From sequence record MW879344.1: DNA of 64,000 nt. The stretch is one strand, 5' to 3'. Under the pieces are notes generated by a model. That model was not told the DNA's origin, ran no database searches, and saw nothing but the letters and a program-made list of their open reading frames with translations. A program made the position numbers and the translations under genes. Below are positions 7,903 to 14,477 of the stretch, piece by piece (within the stretch, counting starts at the first letter, position 1; each line of letters begins with the position of its first letter).

Positions 7903-8010
7903 GCGGGATGGTGATTGATGAAAGCTATTATTTGATTCTAGAAAATCATAATAAGCGAGTAAGAGAACAGGGTTCTTAATATCACGAGGGTTCGATCCCC
8001 TGTCGCTGCA
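7903..8010 (+). ncRNA. tRNA-like RNA with elongated central arm
   Basis: T-arm AGGG-TTCGATC-CCCT, imperfect acceptor GCGGGAT/GTCGCTGC, long central hairpin. Confidence 0.45.
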
Positions 8011-8023
8011 CAAAGCAACAAAC

Positions 8024-8141
8024 GAAATCTCACAGCAAACAAAACAATTTTTTTCCTTGCATAGAAAAACGGTGGGGTTCGATTCCCCAACATCCAAGTT
8101 GCTTTTAGGATGTGTCTGGAAGGCCGTATGACAAAGATTTC
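8024..8141 (+). ncRNA. module-clamped, permuted tRNA-like RNA (degenerate)
   Basis: GAAATCT-CACAGCAA...TGGGG-TTCGATT-CCCCA-ACATCC...GGATGT...ACAA-AGATTTC. Confidence 0.65.
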
Positions 8142-8317
8142 AGTTCCTATCAACTAAAAAGGATAGCATATAATGAGTTCTGAAGAAAATTTAGAATTAT
8201 TAAATAAAATAATGAATGCCATTGCAAATGGTAAGTTGAATGAAACAATGACTGAACTTGGTTACGAAGTAACTAAGAGTACTGATAAAAGTACAGAATG
8301 GTCATTAAAACAATAAT

Positions 8318-8391
8318 GTTCTGTTAGACAAATTGGTAAAGTCACCACCCTTTCAAGGTGGGGTTTACGGGTTCGACCCCCGTACAGAACG
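8318..8391 (+). tRNA. tRNA-Glu(TTC), uninterrupted
   Basis: GTTCTGT/ACAGAAC, CCACC-CT-TTC-AA-GGTGG; no encoded CCA. Confidence 0.92.
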
Positions 8392-8396
8392 CTAAA

Positions 8397-8506
8397 GGAT
8401 TCGCACAGCAACAATAAAATCTTAAAATTCAATTGGTGAAAACAACCTTGCAGTTCGATTCTGCTTCCACAATGCGTGGATCTGGTCGATAGAAAAAACC
8501 GAATCC
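8397..8506 (+). ncRNA. module-clamped, permuted tRNA-like RNA (degenerate)
   Basis: GGATTCG-CACAGCAA...GCAG-TTCGATT-CTGC-TTCCAC...GTGGA...AAAAAAC-CGAATCC. Confidence 0.6.
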
Positions 8507-8545
8507 TGATTTTAATTAAGAAGTACTAAAGAATTTGATACACAC

Positions 8546-8698
8546 GGATTTATACAGCAAACATAATCCTAAAATAAAACATACGATAATGTTACTAACT
8601 CGGAATTCGTTCCCTTCGTTAGTACTTGGCAACTTGGGTACTTAAATAAGTTGTATCACCTCACGTGTATCGGATTAGAGGTGATTATAAATAAATCC
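8546..8698 (+). ncRNA. module-clamped multi-hairpin RNA
   Basis: GGATTTA-TACAGCAA...three hairpins...TAAATCC. Confidence 0.6.
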
Positions 8699-8734
8699 AG
8701 TAACACAAAAGTACCTTGAACGGTACTTTTTTAT

Positions 8735-8827
8735 GGTAGGTTGGCAGAGTTTGGCTTATTGCACTTGTCTTGAAAACAAGCGGGGGTTAACAGCCCTCCG
8801 AGGGTTCAAATCCCTCACCTACCTCCA
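8735..8827 (+). tRNA. tRNA-Ser(TGA)
   Basis: GGTAGGT/ACCTACC, CTTGT-CT-TGA-AA-ACAAG, long variable arm, CCA. Confidence 0.93.
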
Positions 8828-8838
8828 ATACAATAAAG

Positions 8839-9156
8839 GTGAACATGATGGATTCAGTTGGTTTAATCGTTGTGTTTTTAGAACAACGTGTTCGTGGTTC
8901 TAATGAAATGCATTATGTAGTACAAGTTACTGAAGAAGGAACTTGTGACGTTCATGTTACTGACTCATGGAGTTTTAAGTCATGGGAAGATTTAAAAGAA
9001 ACGCATCCTACTTTCAAAAGTTTGTTATATGAATTTTTTAATTCTTGCAATTGGGCACCTTATGTAAACGAAAAAGAAATTTGGGCTGATGAAGTAATCG
9101 GCGGCGAAGGTCTTTATGATGATGATGATTCACATGTATTAAGTACTGATTTGTAA
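8839..9156 (+). CDS. hypothetical acidic protein
   Basis: ORF with AAGG SD; start codon among GTG/ATG uncertain. Confidence 0.75.
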   Translation: MNMMDSVGLIVVFLEQRVRGSNEMHYVVQVTEEGTCDVHVTDSWSFKSWEDLKETHPTFKSLLYEFFNSCNWAPYVNEKEIWADEVIGGEGLYDDDDSHVLSTDL

Positions 9157-9164
9157 AGTTCAAT

Positions 9165-9239
9165 GGGGTACGTAGCTCAGTCTGGTAGAGCAGCCATGCG
9201 AAAACGGTGTGTCGGTGGTTCGAATCCACTCGCTCCCCA
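9165..9239 (+). pseudogene. degenerate tRNA (Phe-like T-arm, anticodon unresolved)
   Basis: Intact D-arm and GGTGG-TTCGAAT-CCACT; mismatched acceptor and anticodon stems. Confidence 0.6.
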
Positions 9240-9243
9240 CTAA

Positions 9244-9300
9244 GGAATCTAGCAGCAACCATAACCCAATCAAACTTTTAATTTGACAATTATGGATTCC
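9244..9300 (+). ncRNA. module RNA carrying an isolated Lys(TTT)-type anticodon stem-loop
   Basis: GGAATC-TAGCAGCAA...TCAAA-CTTTTAA-TTTGA...GATTCC. Confidence 0.7.
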
Positions 9301-9478
9301 CGTTATTTTTAAGGATGTGATATGTCTAAAGAACAAGATGAATTTGAAAAAGAATATCTTATAAGTAAGCGTATTGATCCAAAAGCAACATTTTATATAA
9401 AATCTCGTAGAAAGAAAAATGGTTATAGAACTCGTGAATTGAATAATAAATTTCAAGAATTTCTTAAACGATTTAAAG

Positions 9479-9570
9479 GGTAAAGTGGCAGAGCGGCTGA
9501 ATGCAACCGCTTGGAAAGCGGTCAGGTTAGGTAATCCCTAGCCTCGTAGGTTCAAATCCTATCTTTACCG
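9479..9570 (+). tRNA. tRNA-Ser(GGA)
   Basis: GGTAAAG/CTTTACC, ACCGC-TT-GGA-AA-GCGGT, long variable arm, G73. Confidence 0.92.
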
Positions 9571-9622
9571 CAAAGTAATAACTCCTTATTAAAGTGAAGT
9601 ACAAAAACAATAGGAGAATATT

Positions 9623-9979
9623 ATGTACGAGAAAGATGATGGTCCATTAACTGATGAACAAATTCGTATCATCCGTGAAATGAATAGCCATCTGAATCAA
9701 ACTGATTTAGAAATTGATTTAAATTGGTTGAACAGTGATATACAAGGAAATGCAATGTATTACGACTATTATTACAAAGTTGACGGTGATCTTCGTCGTT
9801 ATACCAGTAATCAAGAGTTAACGGATGCGGAAATCAATAATATTTTTGGTGCAAGCAAACAAGTAGTAATGCTTACTCCAATTGTATTTGAACGTGACGT
9901 AACTACTGAAGACAAATCTGGTAAAAAGATTAAAAGTACTGAAAAAGTACATGTTGGCTTCTTAGGATATGTGGAATAA
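9623..9979 (+). CDS. hypothetical protein
   Basis: ORF with AGGAG SD. Confidence 0.75.
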   Translation: MYEKDDGPLTDEQIRIIREMNSHLNQTDLEIDLNWLNSDIQGNAMYYDYYYKVDGDLRRYTSNQELTDAEINNIFGASKQVVMLTPIVFERDVTTEDKSGKKIKSTEKVHVGFLGYVE

Positions 9980-9981
9980 AA

Positions 9982-10668
9982 ATGTCAAAAAAGACTGATA
10001 AAGAAGTAAAAGATACAAAAGAAAAGTACACTGTTGTTAAACACGGTTCACTAACACTAGTGAATACACCAACAGTAAAAACTTTCTATATGAATGGTTC
10101 TATTGATCATCCTACATTAACTAAGTTCCAAAAGTTCTTAGAAGATACATGTACGGAAAATAATAAAATTGATACCGAAGAAACTGAACGCAAAGAAAAG
10201 GATGAATTTAAAAAGATTCATGATCCTGAATCTAAGCCAGAGTTTGTTCCTGCTAAACGTAAAGTTGAGCGTATCAATCTGGTTATCAATAGTGGTGGTG
10301 GTTTAGTTGCAGTAATGCTAGAAGTTGTAGCACTAATGAAAACTTCACCAATTCCAATTGATACCTACTGTTTTGGTTCTGCAATGAGTGCAGCTTTCTT
10401 TATCTTCTTACATGGCAAACGCCGTTTTGTTGGTGAAGGTGCCTCATTTATGACACATAGCATTGGTGCTATGGCATGGGATAATGTACCAAACATGACA
10501 ATTCGTATGGAGTACTTGGTTAAACAAAACGAGTACGCACAACAGGAAATTGCTAAACGTACTGGAATTCCTCTTGAAAAATTAAAAGAGAAAGAACATC
10601 TCGATTGGTACTTGACTGCTGAAGAAGCGTTAGATGTTAAAATCGGTGAATATTTGATCCGAGATTAA
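9982..10668 (+). CDS. clpP: ClpP-family protease subunit
   Basis: INSGGG, GSAMSAA (catalytic Ser), FMTHS (catalytic His). Confidence 0.88.
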   Translation: MSKKTDKEVKDTKEKYTVVKHGSLTLVNTPTVKTFYMNGSIDHPTLTKFQKFLEDTCTENNKIDTEETERKEKDEFKKIHDPESKPEFVPAKRKVERINLVINSGGGLVAVMLEVVALMKTSPIPIDTYCFGSAMSAAFFIFLHGKRRFVGEGASFMTHSIGAMAWDNVPNMTIRMEYLVKQNEYAQQEIAKRTGIPLEKLKEKEHLDWYLTAEEALDVKIGEYLIRD

Positions 10669-10714
10669 ATATAAATTCTGGATTCGAAAGAATCCTTTTT
10701 TAAGTGAGATGATT

Positions 10715-10939
10715 ATGGACAATCAACACAAACATATTAAAGGGTATCGTGACCTTTCACAAAAAGAAGTGGATGCGATGAATGAGATTAAACAACTGGC
10801 TGCCATCGTTGGAGAGTTGATAGAAAAACTTGAAAGTACTGAATCAGTAGATAAACGTTGGCTTGCAATTGCAAAGACGGATTTACAAAAAGGATTCATG
10901 TCAGCAGTACGAAGTGTGGCTAAACCAGATTCCTTCTAA
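10715..10939 (+). CDS. acb2: anti-CBASS protein Acb2 (cyclic nucleotide sponge)
   Basis: MDNQHKHIKGYRDLS...RWLAIAKTDLQKGFM...PDSF closely matches the Acb2 family. Confidence 0.9.
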   Translation: MDNQHKHIKGYRDLSQKEVDAMNEIKQLAAIVGELIEKLESTESVDKRWLAIAKTDLQKGFMSAVRSVAKPDSF

Positions 10940-10948
10940 GGAACAAAG

Positions 10949-11329
10949 ATGTATACAACGGTTAATCATGCTGATATAATTGATGATATTATAACTGAAA
11001 TACTTGAAATTTATACATGTCGAGTTGAAATTTATAAAGATGGTCATTTATTCACTCAGTACGGGTATAATACTAAACATAATGTGAATTATCATATAAA
11101 TGTAAAGTACTATAATGATAATCCAAGTAATGGTGATAAAGCGAATAGCTTAATGGTAGAATTTAAATTTACCAATAGAGTTCCGAAGGGACTGAAAAAT
11201 CATTACAAGTTATCTATACCTGAAATAACAAGTCTTACAGAAGAACGGCATTTTCAATTAATGTTTGTCACTGATGATATGTATTTGGATTATGAAGTTA
11301 TAAATAAATTACGTACACATATTGTGTAA
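10949..11329 (+). CDS. hypothetical protein, EExxFQ paralog family
   Basis: C-terminal TEERHFQL motif. Confidence 0.75.
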   Translation: MYTTVNHADIIDDIITEILEIYTCRVEIYKDGHLFTQYGYNTKHNVNYHINVKYYNDNPSNGDKANSLMVEFKFTNRVPKGLKNHYKLSIPEITSLTEERHFQLMFVTDDMYLDYEVINKLRTHIV

Positions 11330-11341
11330 AAAAAAAGTTTT

Positions 11342-11393
11342 AGAATCTAACAGCAATCAAAACTCATTGGATATATGAAAAAAGATAGATTCT
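11342..11393 (+). ncRNA. minimal module RNA
   Basis: AGAATCT-AACAGCAA...TCAT-loop-ATGA-AAAAAGAT-AGATTCT. Confidence 0.65.
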
Positions 11394-11400
11394 AGTATTT

Positions 11401-11473
11401 GGGAATATAATTCAGTTGGTAGAATGCTCGACCGATAATCGAGTCGCCGCTGGTTCGAGTCCAGCTATTCCCA
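11401..11473 (+). tRNA. tRNA-Ile(GAT)
   Basis: GGGAATA/TATTCCC, CTCGA-CC-GAT-AA-TCGAG (C33). Confidence 0.9.
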
Positions 11474-11573
11474 CGAAGTAGTTCAGTACTGAAAAATGTA
11501 CAGTGAAATTATTCAACACTATAGGTAGCACTTTGAATGAATCAGTAAGCCTATAAGTAACTACAATAAATTT

Positions 11574-11700
11574 GGAATTCAACAGCAATTCACTTACTAA
11601 AAACAGCTACCTCACGGTTTGTAGGTTCAAGTCCTACCTTGTACTTTCGAGTACATGTGGTGAAAATGGTAAACACGGCTGTCCAAAAGAAATGAATTCC
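11574..11700 (+). tRNA. circularly permuted tRNA gene, Leu(TAA)-like
   Basis: 3' half 11596-11644, T-TTCG-A linker, 5' half 11651-11682; GCTGT/ACAGC anticodon stem; flanked by GGAATTC/GAATTCC. Confidence 0.75.
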
Positions 11701-11753
11701 AGTATTAATTAAGACATAAATATTCTTATACACTTTTTTGTAAGGATATAATT

Positions 11754-12353
11754 ATGGAAATGAAAAAGTTGATGGAAGATATTTCTGCCATCATGGAAGG
11801 ACAATTACCTGGTTATTATTATCATGGAAGTTCTGCCCCAATATCAAATTTTAGTGATGAGTTTGTTGGTAGAGGAAATGATGAATACGGTCCGGGAATA
11901 TATTTTAGTTCAGTTCCAAATACTTCTATAGGTTATGCAAAAGATGGCGGTTCTAATGGAATGGTATATCAGTGCGAAATCAATTTAAGAAAAGAACTAT
12001 CTAAAAAAACTAGAGTTAATAAAGCAGTACTATTAAAATTAATGCAAAATACACCTGATGAAGATGCATATACTAACTGGAATGAAAATAAAAATGTTGC
12101 TTATAGAACAGCATTACAGGGTTATGTAGATGAAGGTAATATGTATGATGCGTTAATGGGTGTTTGGTACGATTGGTATAGAGAATATCCTGTTCAATTC
12201 GTGCGTTCACTAGTACAGTTAGGATATGATGGATACATATATACTTTTGCAAGCGGTGAACGTTTTATTATAGTATATAATCCAGCAAGTATAAAAGTTG
12301 TAAACACATTCAATCCAGAAGAAGCTATGCAGAAACTGATTGGAAGTGAATAA
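11754..12353 (+). CDS. ADP-ribosyltransferase-fold protein (ART-PolyVal-like), possibly virion-packaged
   Basis: YYHGS, GPGIYFS, YA, late E motifs; ATAAATA at 11716-11722. Confidence 0.6.
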   Translation: MEMKKLMEDISAIMEGQLPGYYYHGSSAPISNFSDEFVGRGNDEYGPGIYFSSVPNTSIGYAKDGGSNGMVYQCEINLRKELSKKTRVNKAVLLKLMQNTPDEDAYTNWNENKNVAYRTALQGYVDEGNMYDALMGVWYDWYREYPVQFVRSLVQLGYDGYIYTFASGERFIIVYNPASIKVVNTFNPEEAMQKLIGSE

Positions 12354-12361
12354 TAAGATTT

Positions 12362-12479
12362 GGAATTCAACAGCAAATCATTCTAAACCCGTAGCATGTC
12401 GTAGGTTCAAGTCCTACCAGTACTTTCGAGTACTGTAGCTCAGTTGGTAGAGCAGCCACCTTAAAAAGAAATGAATTCC
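12362..12479 (+). tRNA. circularly permuted tRNA-like gene, anticodon unresolved
   Basis: T-arm and CAGTACT, TTCG, AGTACTG and D-arm GCTC/GAGC; flanked by GGAATTC/GAATTCC. Confidence 0.7.
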
Positions 12480-12511
12480 AGTATTAATTAAAACAACATG
12501 AGTATAAATCA

Positions 12512-12961
12512 ATGTCTGATAAGCATCAATTTAAAGTAAACATCGGTGATTGGTCACAAGATGGTCATAATCAATATGATGTTTTAGTTCTTAACAGTAC
12601 TAAACCAGTAGATGAAGTACAAAAAGCATTTAAAAAAGCTGCAACTGATTTACATTTACTAGTAAATGGTCGTTTTCTAATTGCAGATGAATTTGAAGAT
12701 TGTAGTCTATCTGAAGACCATGCAGAAGTTCTTAAAAATGCAGGTGTAAAATTTGATGATTTAGTGTATAATGATGGCGATGATGAAGAACCAAATTATA
12801 TTATTGAAGGTTCAAGTGATATGACTATCCTTGTGATGCGGATCGCCCAACTTGAATTGGACTTTGAATTTGAAATTACGAATGATGCAATTCCGAACTT
12901 TAACGGGTTCTGGACAGAAGAACAAATGCCATCAATCGGATATGGTTTGTATAACATATAA
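12512..12961 (+). CDS. hypothetical acidic protein
   Basis: ORF. Confidence 0.8.
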   Translation: MSDKHQFKVNIGDWSQDGHNQYDVLVLNSTKPVDEVQKAFKKAATDLHLLVNGRFLIADEFEDCSLSEDHAEVLKNAGVKFDDLVYNDGDDEEPNYIIEGSSDMTILVMRIAQLELDFEFEITNDAIPNFNGFWTEEQMPSIGYGLYNI

Positions 12962-12971
12962 AACAAGTTTT

Positions 12972-13034
12972 GGAATCTAGCAGCACCCATAAAATGAAAT
13001 CAACTGTTAATTGAAAAATTCAAAAATGGATTCC
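12972..13034 (+). ncRNA. module RNA carrying an isolated Asn(GTT)-type anticodon stem-loop
   Basis: GGAATC-TAGCAGCA...TCAA-CTGTTAA-TTGA...GATTCC. Confidence 0.7.
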
Positions 13035-13054
13035 AGCCTATTTCGGAGTAAAAA

Positions 13055-13324
13055 ATGTATTATGCTCGATTAGAATATCCAAACAATGGATATGAGATTG
13101 AAAGAATACGTCTTAAAGCCTTAGATCGCAAAAAGTACTACCCAGTAGTTTCGATTGATATTGGTAGTTCAAGTACTCGCATATATCTTGAAGGTGATAA
13201 GAATGCATATAATAGTGTGAACTTTGAATTCTATACCAAACATGGTGATGAATATATTCTTGAAGATATTTTCGAAGACCCTGATTTAAATCCGTACTTG
13301 GATGATGATGATGAAGAATATTAA
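13055..13324 (+). CDS. hypothetical protein
   Basis: ORF with GGAG SD. Confidence 0.8.
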   Translation: MYYARLEYPNNGYEIERIRLKALDRKKYYPVVSIDIGSSSTRIYLEGDKNAYNSVNFEFYTKHGDEYILEDIFEDPDLNPYLDDDDEEY

Positions 13325-13392
13325 ATAAAAATACCACAAATAAATGAAACGCTTCAAAAAATTGTGGTATAATATAAGTAAGTTAAACAAGA

Positions 13393-13464
13393 GGTTATGT
13401 CGTATAAAGGTTATTACGGAGAGCTGTTAACTCTTTTATCTTGGTTCGATTCCAAGCATGACCG
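13393..13464 (+). tRNA. tRNA-Asn(GTT)
   Basis: GGTTATG/CATGACC, GAGAG-CT-GTT-AA-CTCTT. Confidence 0.9.
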
Positions 13465-13581
13465 CAAAAAGTTAAATTCACCAGGCGTACTATGGTGGGA
13501 AAGGTATCATGATACCAATTCGAATAGAATACGTATTAAACCCTTGAACGGTTTTCTGTAAACTCAATTTAACAAATAATT

Positions 13582-13636
13582 AAGAATCTAACAGCAATCA
13601 AAACTCATTCGATTATATGAAAAAAGATAGATTCTT
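13582..13636 (+). ncRNA. minimal module RNA
   Basis: Near-copy of 11342-11393. Confidence 0.65.
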
Positions 13637-13641
13637 GTTTT

Positions 13642-13714
13642 AGGAGTATGGTGTAATTGGTTAGCACACGTGACTTTGACTCACGTAGTTGAGGTTCGAG
13701 TCCTTATATTCCTG
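13642..13714 (+). tRNA. tRNA-Gln(TTG)
   Basis: AGGAGTA/TATTCCT, CGTGA-CT-TTG-AC-TCACG. Confidence 0.9.
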
Positions 13715-13865
13715 CAAATTAAAATTTCATTCATTTCCTTGTGTGAAACAAGCTGGTATGATTCCCCTTGCTTGTAAAATTATCGAACGGGAACCGCGTT
13801 GCACCTGTACAGGTCAGATTGTAAAGATCGAGTATGTACAGTACTGAGAGCGGCAGTACAATAAA

Positions 13866-13947
13866 GCGGGATTAGCTCAGTGGTAGAGCACTTGCCTTCC
13901 AAGCAAGAGGCGAATAGGTTCCATCGGTTCGAATCCGATATTCCGCT
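13866..13947 (+). tRNA. tRNA-Gly(TCC) with enlarged variable region
   Basis: GCGGGAT/ATTCCGC, U73, CTTGC-CT-TCC-AA-GCAAG, ~15-nt variable region. Confidence 0.85.
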
Positions 13948-14065
13948 CAAACTAAACAAACAATAAGGTGATTTTTATGCTATAGAATCCTAGTACTGGT
14001 CCTCCTAAAGAATTTAATTCTGATATAAACAACTCAAAATTAAACTACTATAGGAAGAACATACC

Positions 14066-14392
14066 ATGTTAAACAAAGAACAATATATTACTGTAAAAAA
14101 TACTTGGAAAGCTGTAAAAGAACATAACATTTTTGATCATGTGATCTATAATGTACTTCGTGGAGTCCCATCTGATACTGGTTTCGCACCAATTACAGAC
14201 AGGGGTCGTTTACACGCTAACAACAATGACCCGTTCAATATGTACAATTACGCAGTTCGTGAAATTCATTATGAATTAAACGAAAAACGGTACAATTACG
14301 AAAAGACAGTAAAGCATTATTCTGAACTATTCGGCATTGAATTTACAAAAGAACTCATCGAAGAAATTGTTTCTTTGATTAAAGTTAAATAA
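14066..14392 (+). CDS. hypothetical protein
   Basis: ORF with AGGA SD. Confidence 0.8.
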   Translation: MLNKEQYITVKNTWKAVKEHNIFDHVIYNVLRGVPSDTGFAPITDRGRLHANNNDPFNMYNYAVREIHYELNEKRYNYEKTVKHYSELFGIEFTKELIEEIVSLIKVK

Positions 14393-14400
14393 CAGAATTA

Positions 14401-14457
14401 AAGAATCCAGCAGCAACTAAAACTCATTCGCTTAATATGAAAAAGAAACGGATTCTT
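14401..14457 (+). ncRNA. minimal module RNA
   Basis: AAGAATCC-AGCAGCAA...TCAT-loop-ATGA...GGATTCTT. Confidence 0.65.
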
Positions 14458-14477
14458 GTTTTTATTTGGAAAACGAT

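Noticed and set aside
10680-10701. GGATTC-GAAA-GAATCC as a 15th module copy
   Set aside because: Followed by a T-run with no RCAGCA; ordinary terminator after clpP
7724-14457. Module copies as a CRISPR array or as plain terminators
   Set aside because: Irregular spacing, degenerate repeats, no cas genes; helices are followed by RCAGCA, not U-tracts
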